64,000 nucleotides of DNA. Origin: a virus (Duplodnaviria; Heunggongvirae; Uroviricota; Caudoviricetes). Every line of letters starts with the position of its first letter. Positions within the stretch are counted from its first letter, which is position 1. The position numbers were made by a program, and so were the translations under genes. The stretch lies in IMG/VR virus record IMGVR_UViG_3300021138_000004. One strand, given 5' to 3'. The notes beneath the pieces were generated by a model. That model searched no databases, was not told the origin of the DNA, and worked only from the letters and a program-made list of their open reading frames with translations. Shown one piece after another: positions 20,501-29,477 of the stretch.

Positions 20501-21571
20501 GCAGGCGGCGCAGCAGGTTCACTTCACATCCAGTCAGGTGCTGGTACAACTACAATGTTGCCTATCGGTGCAGCAGGAACATTACTACAAAGCAATGGTA
20601 CAACTGCTACATGGGTAACATCATCAACAATAACTGCAAATGCAGTCACTAATTCATTAACGATAAACAATGGTGGTGCAGGTTCTGCAAGTGGTAGTAC
20701 ATTTAATGGCAGCGGGGCTATTACTATCTCATATAATAGTATCGGTGCACCTAGTACAACTGGTGCAAATGCTACCGGCACTTGGAATATTGTTGCAGGT
20801 ACAGCAAATAATGCCACGAATTTAGGTGGTGTTGCTGCATCGAGCTATTTAACTGCGGTTAAATTTGGTCAACTAGTAGTTACAACTAGTATAACTCTAT
20901 CCTCAACACACTACGGTGCAAACGTACTCCTTAATGGATCAAATCTTACTATTACACTGCCGGCATCGGCCTCTTCAGGCACAGTAATTTCATTATCAAA
21001 TATTTCTAGTACCAACGTTACATTGTCATATACCGGTACAAACGGTAGTGACGGGCCTTCTACATTACAGCCACAAAATAGTATTATGCTTATTTCGGAT
21101 GGTGGATCACCTAGTTATTGGAGACAATATTTCGGAAGTCCGGGATATCTTACCGCCGGGGCAGGATTAGGTAACACACAAATAAACTCATTAGGAGTAG
21201 GCACTGCTGCATCTGGTACTGCTGGCGAAATTCGTGCTACTGGTAACGTCTCTGCTTATTATTCATCAGACGCTAGACTAAAAGAAAATATCCAAGAAAT
21301 TCCCAATGCATTGGCTGCATTAAATAAAATTAGAGGTGTATCATTTGATTGGACTGAAGAATTTATTAATGAACGCGGCGGTGAAGATGAATATTTTATG
21401 CGTAAACATGACATTGGAGTTATTGCTCAGGAAATTCAAGAAGTATTGCCCGAAGTAGTTGCTGAAAGAGAAGACGGGTATCTAGCAGTTAAATATGATA
21501 GAATTGTTGCTTTATTGATTCAAGCTATTAAAGAACAACAGAAACAAATTGATGAATTGAAGAATAAATGA
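17582..21571 (+). CDS. Distal tail fibre with C-terminal peptidase S74 intramolecular chaperone
   Basis: C-terminal SDARLKENI...IRGVSFDW...IGVIAQEI...VKYDRIVALLIQAIKE signature; GTG start at 17582 inferred from alignment with the 13616 N-terminus. Confidence 0.88.
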   Translation: MAGQNKSFYVHNGLVVASQLTVDSTGNLYTPGIITSTIHIITGTTGVSSTNTGALQVAGGVGVAGGAFFGGVVTATNMFIGPWAVSTGSSLANISPYSGIFTITNTTVSISTNTGALQVTGGAGIGGNINVGGNAAIINVPPVTQTYGGVLQVGTTLNFSDTNIISSFAENTNTYAQVVLQNLNGGSSSSADFILNNNSTTGASIYGDFGINGTGYSGIDPFSDPSGTYLYGAGGTLSIGTPNAFNFKVATNNTVALTITPDQNARFVGIVTATNMFIGPWAVSTGTGVLSVANALTINNGGSGAASGSTFNGSSPVTISYNSIGAPSTGGTNATGTWNIVAGTALIANSVSNLLTINSAGVGAASPQTYNGGSALTISYNTIGAPSTGGTNATGTWNIVAGSAVTATYAAVAYSLANTATTQVGYAATATSAAVAYSLANTSTIQVGYAVNATNLINTASTLVGYANYAYGFNTSTLVTNAVTALNASNINTVLQTASASYYPTFVNANNASPAAGSLYTTSSFSINPATGLVSYSTSTISVNGWTLGINPSGVPTTSTTTATSYPTGFYAANLYSSSGYPSSYGYLQSMSSNYANSMAQTYFSWTGYGDQTGSAGQPAYMWVRTNRDSNNQFGAWQQVLLLQQNGDLSLGTAHSYGSGNMNMSGIFTSTNTTNASSTITGALQVAGGVGIGGNLYVGGKVVAQELDIQYTTVTTQIIVTPDVFTITNTTNASSTITGALVVAGGVGVQGSMYVGGNFTPSTVYNTGTGAFFFGNSAWNGSTPANSNIDAVTGIVYNGGVGSQLFTFSSAPGQLSVQLDGSIFVGDVISYNPASTSGVTNGSLLASGNITAGGNLYIQGIMYGTATNVAGGAAGSLHIQSGAGTTTMLPIGANATVLQSNGSTATWVAPSTLTAGTATNVAGGAAGSLHIQSGAGTTTMLPIGAAGTLLQSNGTTATWVAPSTLTAGTATNVAGGAAGSLHIQSGAGTTTMLPIGAAGTLLQSNGTTATWVTSSTITANAVTNSLTINNGGAGSASGSTFNGSGAITISYNSIGAPSTTGANATGTWNIVAGTANNATNLGGVAASSYLTAVKFGQLVVTTSITLSSTHYGANVLLNGSNLTITLPASASSGTVISLSNISSTNVTLSYTGTNGSDGPSTLQPQNSIMLISDGGSPSYWRQYFGSPGYLTAGAGLGNTQINSLGVGTAASGTAGEIRATGNVSAYYSSDARLKENIQEIPNALAALNKIRGVSFDWTEEFINERGGEDEYFMRKHDIGVIAQEIQEVLPEVVAEREDGYLAVKYDRIVALLIQAIKEQQKQIDELKNK
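20171..20638 (+). repeat. Three tandem 156-bp (52-aa) coding repeats
   Basis: Units start at 20171, 20327 and 20483 (GTATNVAGGAAGSLHIQSGAGTTTMLPIGA...). Confidence 0.9.
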
Positions 21572-21682
21572 TAATGTTGGATGAATTATTGTCAAACAAT
21601 ATTCAAAAGGAGTTTTCATCAAGTATATTCCCTAATTTACCTGATAAATAGTTTCAGTTATCACTTGGAGATCTAATATATA

Positions 21683-22516
21683 ATGTCAACTATGAATTCT
21701 TCGGGACAATTAAGTCTAGGCGGTACTACTGCTGGGCAATCAATCGAACTTGAATTATATGCATCAGGTGCTAGCGGTTTATATAACTCTTCAGGAAATG
21801 CACAGATATCTATGTCCGACGCAGCACTGCGACTAGCTGCCGGTAGCGGATCTACTAATACTTCAATTTCCTTTAGTAATTTATATAGTGCAACTTATCC
21901 AGTAGTTTATACATACAGTACGGCTACTACTTTTTCACACACTGTACCCGGTGCTTACACTAAAATGATTATAGAAGTATGGGGTGCAGGTGGCGCCGGC
22001 GGCGCAGGTACCGCCGGCGGCGCCTCTACTGTATCTGGATCAGGGCTAACTACAATGACTGCTAACGGTGGTTCAAATGGTGTAGTCGGCTCCGGCGGTA
22101 GTGGCGGAGCAGGCGGGCCGGGCGGCACAGCATCTGGTGGTAATACTACTAATACCACAGGAAATACAGGTGTTACACAAGGAGCAGGTGCAAATGGAAT
22201 TAGCGGAAGTGTAGCTGGAGGAACAGGAGGCGCGCATGCTGCTTCTATCGGAGCACAAGGTGGCGCAGGTGGAGCACCTGGTGCTGGCGGTGGCGGCGGC
22301 GAGTATCAGACTGCAGGTATGCCTATGTGCGGATGCTGCGGTGTCCTTAATAATGCCGGTGGCGGCGGCGCTGGAGGCTATTCTAAAACAATTATCTCTT
22401 CAATTTCTGGCGGAACAACCTTATCTGTCACTGTGGGTGCCGGAGGTGCAGGAACGGCCACTAGCCAATATGGAGGTAATGGCGGCAATGGATTGGTAAT
22501 TATTACATATTACTAA
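21683..22516 (+). CDS. Glycine-rich tail-associated protein (277 aa)
   Basis: IEVWGAGGAGG...GGGGAGGY...VTVGAGG...GGNGLVIITY glycine-rich domain. Confidence 0.75.
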   Translation: MSTMNSSGQLSLGGTTAGQSIELELYASGASGLYNSSGNAQISMSDAALRLAAGSGSTNTSISFSNLYSATYPVVYTYSTATTFSHTVPGAYTKMIIEVWGAGGAGGAGTAGGASTVSGSGLTTMTANGGSNGVVGSGGSGGAGGPGGTASGGNTTNTTGNTGVTQGAGANGISGSVAGGTGGAHAASIGAQGGAGGAPGAGGGGGEYQTAGMPMCGCCGVLNNAGGGGAGGYSKTIISSISGGTTLSVTVGAGGAGTATSQYGGNGGNGLVIITYY

Positions 22517-22527
22517 GGATATAATAT

Positions 22528-22839
22528 ATGTTAACATATAAGATGAATTTTAAAGCATTAATTGAATCAGTTAATCCTGAGACTAAACAAATGGTAGTAG
22601 AATATTTTGATCCCCATGATAATGCTAGTTTAAGACTAGCTATTTCTTTCAACTATGATTCTACTCCAGAACATTTGAATCAATTGATTATTGATAATAC
22701 TCCGCATAAATTCTTTCATGATAGAAATGAAGAGAAGAAAGCAATCGCAGAAAATAACATCGATTATTCTTCTCTACATGCTCTAGTAGGAACTACTATA
22801 GAATTTAATTTACCAACATACGATAATGAAGTTATATAA
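22528..22839 (+). CDS. Hypothetical protein (103 aa)
   Basis: AAGGA RBS; coupled to the next ORF. Confidence 0.65.
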   Translation: MLTYKMNFKALIESVNPETKQMVVEYFDPHDNASLRLAISFNYDSTPEHLNQLIIDNTPHKFFHDRNEEKKAIAENNIDYSSLHALVGTTIEFNLPTYDNEVI

Positions 22840-23117
22840 TGCTAACTGACAAATTTTACACATTCGGACAGCTTAATGCAGTTATATATGATTTTGAATG
22901 CAAGGGGGATGTGTTACCCGACCACAAACACCCCAAAGAACAAACACATATAACAATTTGTGTGAGAGGAGAGGTTACAGTAAAAACTCCAGAATGGTCA
23001 AAGACCCTCAAAGAAGGTAATATAATAGAATTTTATCCAAATCAAATGCATTCGATTATCGCATTAACAGATAATTGTAGGATCATAAATATACCAACAA
23101 CATATGCCGAAGCTTGA
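22839..23117 (+). CDS. Cupin (RmlC-like) protein
   Basis: LPDHKHPKEQTHITICVRGEV and EFYPNQMHSI match the two cupin motifs. Confidence 0.8.
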   Translation: MLTDKFYTFGQLNAVIYDFECKGDVLPDHKHPKEQTHITICVRGEVTVKTPEWSKTLKEGNIIEFYPNQMHSIIALTDNCRIINIPTTYAEA

Positions 23118-23688
23118 AAAAATTATAACAACATATACAAAGCTACAATATTTAAATTTTGTTCCAGAAATAAGACTGTTTATCCGAGAAGATAAAAATT
23201 TATATCATTTACTTCAACAAGAATATGGTAATAATGTAGCTTTTCCTTTTTGGGCACATACATGGGCTGGAGGGCAAGCTCTCGCTAGATACATTTTAGA
23301 TAATCCATCGATTGTGAAAAATAAACACATAGTCGATTACTGTTCCGGATCTAGCATAGTCGGCATTGCTGCAAATCTATCCGGTGCTAAAAAAGTAACA
23401 TGCGTCGATGTTGATGAGTTATCTACTACAGCAGCTTCTTTAAATGCTCGCGCAAATCATGTACAGCTAGAATTTTCTAGTAATATTCCGGATCATGATC
23501 TATTATTATCAGGCGATCCAGAAGTAAAACAGACAATATTTGACACAATTAAATCATACAACTCTATTATAGGGTGTCCTACTAGAGATCAATCAATGTT
23601 GCATGATTTTAATATCTTATATAACTATAATATCATTACTAATGAATTTCCAAACGGCACCGTAGTTAATATTTTGTCCAAAATATAA
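23104..23688 (+). CDS. Seven-beta-strand protein methyltransferase, METTL20/PrmA-like
   Basis: FPFWAHTWAGGQALARYILDNP...KHIVDYCSGSSIVGIAA...GAKKVTCVD. Confidence 0.75.
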   Translation: MPKLEKIITTYTKLQYLNFVPEIRLFIREDKNLYHLLQQEYGNNVAFPFWAHTWAGGQALARYILDNPSIVKNKHIVDYCSGSSIVGIAANLSGAKKVTCVDVDELSTTAASLNARANHVQLEFSSNIPDHDLLLSGDPEVKQTIFDTIKSYNSIIGCPTRDQSMLHDFNILYNYNIITNEFPNGTVVNILSKI

Positions 23689-23720
23689 CTTTTTCTCTAT
23701 CTCATTCATTAAATAGATTG

Positions 23721-24281
23721 ATGAATGAGAATAACTTTTTAAACGGGCAAATTCTGGTCTCGCAACCTAGGAATTCAGACTACCATTTTGCCAAAAGTGT
23801 TGTATTAATTGCACAACACAGCCTAACTGGTGCTTGGGGAGTAGTAGTTAATCGACCCTCAAAAGCAGTAACAATGCAAACTATTATGGAAGCTGCAGGA
23901 ATTGATTATCAAGGACCTGAATTAGTTTATATAGGTGGTCCGGTTGAGTCAACTCGAGTTCATGTTATTCATACTTTAGATTGGACCAGTGCAAGCACAC
24001 TAAAAATCACAGATAAAATTGGGATCACAGGTGACGTATCTATTCTTTCTGCCATTAGCCAAGGAGAAGGTCCTAAGTTATACAGGGCAGGAGTTGGTCT
24101 AGCAGTATGGAGTGCGGGACAACTAGATGGTGAACAAAGCGGATTAGATCCATGGACGGCTAGCCATCGTTGGTTAACAGCACCTGCTACTGTAGATTTA
24201 TGCCTTACTGGTGCTGGAGAAGAACAGTGGCAACGGTCAATCGACCGTTGCGTAAGCCACCGTATAGCTGATTTATTTTAA
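23721..24281 (+). CDS. YqgE/AlgH (DUF179) family protein
   Basis: GQILVSQP...FAKSVVLIAQH...GVVVNRP...VYIGGPV...WSAGQLDGE. Confidence 0.85.
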   Translation: MNENNFLNGQILVSQPRNSDYHFAKSVVLIAQHSLTGAWGVVVNRPSKAVTMQTIMEAAGIDYQGPELVYIGGPVESTRVHVIHTLDWTSASTLKITDKIGITGDVSILSAISQGEGPKLYRAGVGLAVWSAGQLDGEQSGLDPWTASHRWLTAPATVDLCLTGAGEEQWQRSIDRCVSHRIADLF

Positions 24282-25717
24282 TCCTTTTCAGAATTTAATC
24301 CAGCAATCATTTCTCGTATTTTTGAGCTACCTGTTGTGGCTCTAACTTTTCCTACATTTATACCTTCTGTGGGATCTCGTATTTCACCTGTAGTACCGTC
24401 GTATTCAACATTTGATTTAATTGTTGAAGTTTTCTTTAAACCTTCATATACACTAGGTTTTGGCGCAGAATTATAAGCTTCTTCTTCGCCTAGATCTCTA
24501 ATACGCAATGTATCGAGATCGAATTCCAAATCAACTTTTTGCCCAACACCGCTAGAACTACGTGTTTTCATAAACTGAATTTGATAACGGCCTCGTTCCT
24601 TCATTGCTCGACTTGTAAAAATACCAATAACATTGTCTGCCGTCTGAATTTTCGAAAGTCCGCCTGAAATATGACTGTGATCAAATTCAATTTCTTCAAC
24701 GGCTGCTCGATTAAGCTGAGATGCAGTAACAACAATTGCCTGCGTTTCCATTGCTAGGTTACGCAATTCTTCGGAAACATACTTGTCCTTGACAAACAAA
24801 TCGCTGGGACTAACTTTAACTGACATTGGCATCATAAGATCCAAGTAGTCAATTAGCAAAATATCCGGTTTAAACCCTTTCTTAACCTGATATTCTTTTA
24901 GATATGCTCGTAGATCATTGGCAGTTTTGCCGCTGGGCATGTACTTGATCTGTACGCTACCAGACTGTTTGCCCATCATCTTAACTTTGAGTTCAACATC
25001 ATCGAGGTTTTTAAATACTTCACGAGTTGCAACACCGGTTAACATACTATCCATACGCATAGCAACCAATGCTTCACTAAGTTCGAACGTTAAGTAAAGA
25101 ACATTAAGACCTGCCAGCGCCCAGTTACATCCTAGATTTGCAAGGAATAGTGACTTACCGCCACCTGATGCTGCACACCAAATGTTAAGTTCGCCACGAT
25201 TAAATCCGCCGTAAAGCTTCTTATCTACACTTGGCCAACCTGTGCTAATCTGACCATTGGAATTTTTAAGTCCTTCTAGACGGCCTCGAGGATCTTCAAA
25301 GTAGTCTGTACCCATATCTTTTTGTAGTGATATTTGCACAGCATCTTTAATCATCTTCTCAACTGGTCCGTATTCACCTTTTTCCAGTAAATCTGCCGAT
25401 TTTAGAATCGCGCGTTCTAAGCCCTTATGCCTGGAAAACTGTTCGAATTCGTTCATTAACCATTCATAATTTTCTGCAGGAAGTGCTGCAGGGTTTAATT
25501 CCATTCCGCAGCTTGCATTAACAATCTGCGCTTCTGGCATAACCTTGTATTGGTCGACATATGTCTTAATAAACCCTGCAGTTTCTTGGAGTTTTCTATC
25601 AAAATTTTCTGGATCAAAAATGTTAGCACAGCGAATAAATGTAATAGCATCGCTCATAAACATTTCTAGATACAACTTTTGTATTTCATAACTATAATTC
25701 GGATTTTTATCCTTCAT
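24278..25717 (-). CDS. Replicative helicase, T4 gp41/DnaB-like
   Basis: Walker A variant AASGGGKS, LIDYLDLM, TASQLNR, SGGLSKIQTAD. Confidence 0.92.
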   Translation of the reverse strand: MKDKNPNYSYEIQKLYLEMFMSDAITFIRCANIFDPENFDRKLQETAGFIKTYVDQYKVMPEAQIVNASCGMELNPAALPAENYEWLMNEFEQFSRHKGLERAILKSADLLEKGEYGPVEKMIKDAVQISLQKDMGTDYFEDPRGRLEGLKNSNGQISTGWPSVDKKLYGGFNRGELNIWCAASGGGKSLFLANLGCNWALAGLNVLYLTFELSEALVAMRMDSMLTGVATREVFKNLDDVELKVKMMGKQSGSVQIKYMPSGKTANDLRAYLKEYQVKKGFKPDILLIDYLDLMMPMSVKVSPSDLFVKDKYVSEELRNLAMETQAIVVTASQLNRAAVEEIEFDHSHISGGLSKIQTADNVIGIFTSRAMKERGRYQIQFMKTRSSSGVGQKVDLEFDLDTLRIRDLGEEEAYNSAPKPSVYEGLKKTSTIKSNVEYDGTTGEIRDPTEGINVGKVRATTGSSKIREMIAGLNSEKD

Positions 25718-26390
25718 TAATATAAGATTCCTTTTTTCTAGATTTTGTCAGAGATATTTTTCTTTTTGTTTCTTCTGACATTGGTTTTCTTGGACCACTT
25801 TTTGATTTAGGCTTTCTTAATTTTTCTTTACGTTCTTCAGACATAGGACCGTATGGTTTTTTGGGAATACCTAGTTGTGCAATGCTAATTTTACGCCTTG
25901 TTTCTTCAGATCTAGGGTTTCTTAGTTTGCTTTTAAATTCTTCAGATCTAGGTTTACGTAAATTTTGTTTAGATTTTTCACTCTTTGGCTGCCGCATTTT
26001 CTGTCTGGTTTCTTCGCTCTTAGGTTTTCGCATCTTTTGTTTAGTCTCTTCAGATAATTTTCTACCTTTTGCAGACATTGACATTTTTAATCTAGTTTCA
26101 TCTGAACATATTTTACCACTATGTCCTTGTCCACCATCTGTTTTATTCTGTAATATACCGGTACCATTATCAACTCTACCATACCATTTTATCATTCGAC
26201 GTTCAATGGCTAATGATCCAACTTCAGTTAAATTTTTTTCTAAAAATACTATTTTTGATTTATTTTTCGGAATAGTTATTTTTTCATTTTTACTTTTGAT
26301 CCATGCTCTTTTGTTTTTACCTTTTCCTATATAATATGGAATTCCGGAATCTGTTAGATATGCATATACATAGTAAATTAATGACATCAT
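25707..26390 (-). mobile_element. Free-standing GIY-YIG-like homing endonuclease with NUMOD3-type repeats
   Basis: YYVYAYL...PYYIGKG...R N-terminus; HS(E/D)ETRxK(M/I)-like and KP(K/R)SEE repeats. Confidence 0.8.
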
Positions 26391-26405
26391 TTTTCCTTTG
26401 TCATT

Positions 26406-27407
26406 TTATTTACCAGCATTAATAAAAGCAGTAATCTTTTTCCTCATCATAGTCAGTTTTATTTCACCATGTTCTCGATATTTTAATATAGTGAAAAGCG
26501 TATATACTCTGCCAAATTTACGCACAGCATCCGCAACGTCCTTAACGTCATCTCCCCAATCGGGCAAACTCGCAGACCATCCTTGAGCTATTGCTGTGTT
26601 CAACATCTTAGATCCGGGTAAATCTCGATCTGGAACAAGGATCACTTCTTTGCCTAACGAATTTATCCTCATTAGCTGAGTCTCATTAATTTCATTGCGC
26701 ATAACAGCAACGCCGTCTACTGTGATTGCATCGATCGGTCCTTCGACAACAATTACATAACGTCGGTTATAATTTTGTTCATCTAAATTGAACACATAAC
26801 TAGGTTGTGCTGACGTTAGATATTTAGGTTTACCTTCATTTATTTTACGAGCAGTCCAACCTACTATTTTCTTTTCATGATAATAAGGTATGATTAACCG
26901 ATCTTGATATCCAGGTGCATCAGTCCACATCCACTTATACCAATCGAGTTGCATTCCTCTATCTAAAACATAGGCGATTGTAGCAAGTAAATTTTCATCT
27001 TCGCAGCCCTCGTGTACCCATTCGGCAAAAGTCTTGCTATTTTGAGGCAAATCCTTAGGTTTTAGGACAAAATCTAGGGTCTTTTCTGCTGGTTTGAGGT
27101 CGTTTTTGACCCGAATTACCTCCAAAGAAAGTTTCTGTACCTCACTATCAGGAACTCCTAACCATAACATTAAACTACGTGTGTTATTAGTTAATACGTG
27201 ACCAGGAGTCCAGCCTGCTTTAAAGTTGCAATTAAAACAATGATATTGAAATCCTTCGCCTTTAAAGATAACACCGCCACGTTTTTTGGTATCACGAGTT
27301 TCGCCACGATAGATGCAGCAGGGCGCATTAAAGCTCTCCCAGCCAGTAGGCGTCATCTTACGATCACTCGGCAAGACGGCCTGTAAAGTAGCCACTATTA
27401 AGTTCAT
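26406..27407 (-). CDS. DNA primase, T4 gp61-like
   Basis: Zn-finger CC...HCFNC; Toprim VVEGPIDA and DRD. Confidence 0.9.
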   Translation of the reverse strand: MNLIVATLQAVLPSDRKMTPTGWESFNAPCCIYRGETRDTKKRGGVIFKGEGFQYHCFNCNFKAGWTPGHVLTNNTRSLMLWLGVPDSEVQKLSLEVIRVKNDLKPAEKTLDFVLKPKDLPQNSKTFAEWVHEGCEDENLLATIAYVLDRGMQLDWYKWMWTDAPGYQDRLIIPYYHEKKIVGWTARKINEGKPKYLTSAQPSYVFNLDEQNYNRRYVIVVEGPIDAITVDGVAVMRNEINETQLMRINSLGKEVILVPDRDLPGSKMLNTAIAQGWSASLPDWGDDVKDVADAVRKFGRVYTLFTILKYREHGEIKLTMMRKKITAFINAGK

Positions 27408-27442
27408 TGTACTATTTTAGCTGAAATATGAGAACATGTCAA
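27408..27442 (-). promoter_or_regulatory. Sigma70-type promoter, apparently leaderless, for primase
   Basis: TTGACA-17-TAAAAT-6 nt-ATG; overlaps the 3' end of the upstream gene. Confidence 0.65.
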
Positions 27443-28517
27443 TAAATCCATTTGGAAATTTGTTCATTTCTGAACCAATAGGATTTCCAGTTGGATAATA
27501 GTTAACACCGAACGCATCGTTAAATGGTTTTACTGAGAATCGAACTGCGGTTACTACAGTGTTCCATGAAAGCTGAATTGTTGCTTGTGTAGGAGTTGCT
27601 GACACGTAATTAGTAATAGTAAATGCCTCGGCATTGGCTTGACCAGCCGGACTCGGATTGTTATCTAGCGTCCCTTGTACAATAATCGTACCAGCAAAGT
27701 TATTCAAATTAATCGAAACACATTGAGTTGAGCTAGTAGTCATTGCACTCGGATATGGACGCAACCAGCCTGTGAAGAAAATATAACCCAAATTGTTAAT
27801 ATCGTAGTCGTATTCTTTGCCTGCTTCGAGTTGAGCTCGATTAACAGTTTGTACTGGGAATCCAATTGGATAGCCATCTTCTTGAATTTCGATATCTCCT
27901 GCAATTCCGTAGTAGGTATTTGCATAAGCAGGAGTAAATGTGCCGTCATTATTTGCTTGTTTGACTACAATTTTATAACTAGCAGCAGTTAAATTAATAG
28001 TATCTTGTGGATCTAATTCTAATTTTGCTACACCTCTTAGTGCAAGAGTATTAAATGTTACTGAAGTTGCAGTAGTTATGAGATAATTTGTCGGCTTACT
28101 CAAAGTTACAGTGTTGGTTGTTACGCCAACTACTGTAGAATTAATAGGAATGCCGAAGCCAGATACAGATTGACCGACGGTAATTTTACTAGTATCGGCA
28201 AAATTAAGCAATGTGTTAGTCGAGGTCTGCGCTTGAGAAACAGGGAAAGTTACAGTATCATCTATAATAGTTAACGGTTTAGTAAGAACAAGTTGTCTGC
28301 CATAGGAATCGATTAAATCGAACCAATAATTACTAGAGGTTGATAATGATACAGGTTTTTGATCGGAGTTTTTAAATTGGATTTGAATATAATCCTTAAA
28401 TCCTTTTTGGATTTTTAGCTTTCTCTGATACATAATCTGATTGATTCCCCTGTTTTGGTCCAGATCCAATATTACGTCGAATTGATTTGAATATAAATAG
28501 ACTGGTAACTTGTTCAT
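27417..28517 (-). CDS. Hypothetical, probably virion protein (366 aa)
   Basis: TAAATA 7 nt before ATG; beta-rich composition. Confidence 0.65.
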   Translation of the reverse strand: MNKLPVYLYSNQFDVILDLDQNRGINQIMYQRKLKIQKGFKDYIQIQFKNSDQKPVSLSTSSNYWFDLIDSYGRQLVLTKPLTIIDDTVTFPVSQAQTSTNTLLNFADTSKITVGQSVSGFGIPINSTVVGVTTNTVTLSKPTNYLITTATSVTFNTLALRGVAKLELDPQDTINLTAASYKIVVKQANNDGTFTPAYANTYYGIAGDIEIQEDGYPIGFPVQTVNRAQLEAGKEYDYDINNLGYIFFTGWLRPYPSAMTTSSTQCVSINLNNFAGTIIVQGTLDNNPSPAGQANAEAFTITNYVSATPTQATIQLSWNTVVTAVRFSVKPFNDAFGVNYYPTGNPIGSEMNKFPNGFIDMFSYFS

Positions 28518-28537
28518 AGCATTATATTTATTGAAAA

Positions 28538-28927
28538 ATGAAACATAACAAAACAGAAGAATTCCAACAGAATTTCCCCTTTATTACCTGCATTCAGTGT
28601 GGCGATGAAGAATATGTCGGCATCATTATTAACAATGATATGCAAGTAACTAGCATCTATGATTATTCGTTGCTTAAATCAGATGATGATAAACAAAGAT
28701 TCTTAGAATTAGGTGAAGTATGGTGGTGGGAGTCGAATCGTAAGATTCCTATTAATATATTTTTAAAGCTAGATATGACTCTATATCGTCCTATCATCAA
28801 AACATTCAATAGTAAAGATGTAAACATCATATTCGGACCTACAGTTAATCTAAGCGAAATCGCTGAAAAAAGAATTAAAAGAAAATCTATACAACTCGTT
28901 CGTAATCCTAACAAGAAGATTCGCTAA
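28538..28927 (+). CDS. Hypothetical protein (129 aa)
   Basis: Clean ORF with protein-like composition. Confidence 0.65.
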   Translation: MKHNKTEEFQQNFPFITCIQCGDEEYVGIIINNDMQVTSIYDYSLLKSDDDKQRFLELGEVWWWESNRKIPINIFLKLDMTLYRPIIKTFNSKDVNIIFGPTVNLSEIAEKRIKRKSIQLVRNPNKKIR

Positions 28928-29477
28928 ATTGCTGACAGAGTAAGTTCATGTGAACTACTACTACCATTGCGTAGCTGATTGCATGAGATCGCTTGAAGTA
29001 ATAGCTTCCGTCGACGGGTTTTGTCCAAACCTCACTCATAATTGTCGACCAATCTTTTCCAATCAAATGCCTCTTAGCCGGACGAATCATCGCTAGCACA
29101 GCAGCTAATTGTTCTACAGAGGTAGGGCAAGTCTTTTTCAAAATATCTCCGTGTCCGTTTAGGTGAAATAGTAGATTTACGAAATCATCCTGTTTTAACA
29201 AATCCCATAATGGTTCTTGCTCCATTAGTTTTTGTAAGTGTGCTTCGTTTTGAATATCTTTATATACATTGACATTTAGAAAGTCGATCTTAAAATATCC
29301 ACGCTCTTCTGCTTCATTATACTCGATTGCAGATAAACCTGTGAGAGGATTAACTGGAATTTCATGACAATATACACCTGTATTATGCTTCTTGTTACCG
29401 TTAATCATTGCCGGAATATGTGGTATAATTGATAGCACTTCGTCTCTGTTAGCAAAATCTAAATCAACGTCTGGCAT
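28908..29477 (-). CDS. Miniature DnaE (Pol III alpha, family C)-like catalytic-core protein (189 aa)
   Basis: PDVDLDF, HNTGV, GYFKIDFL, RP and FKRSHAISYA resemble DnaE PDIDxDF, HAAGV, KxDFL, RPG and FNKSHxxAY. Confidence 0.7.
   Translation of the reverse strand: MPDVDLDFANRDEVLSIIPHIPAMINGNKKHNTGVYCHEIPVNPLTGLSAIEYNEAEERGYFKIDFLNVNVYKDIQNEAHLQKLMEQEPLWDLLKQDDFVNLLFHLNGHGDILKKTCPTSVEQLAAVLAMIRPAKRHLIGKDWSTIMSEVWTKPVDGSYYFKRSHAISYAMVVVVHMNLLCQQFSESSC

Noticed and set aside
9883-21571. Diversity-generating retroelement or shufflon acting on fibre genes
   Set aside because: No reverse transcriptase or invertase is visible; the repeats are in-frame coding modules without an evident adenine-specific mismatch pattern.
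25861-26334. 157-aa plus-strand ORF and other antisense ORFs inside large genes
   Set aside because: These are shadows of repetitive or codon-biased genes on the opposite strand, with no RBS or recognisable motifs.
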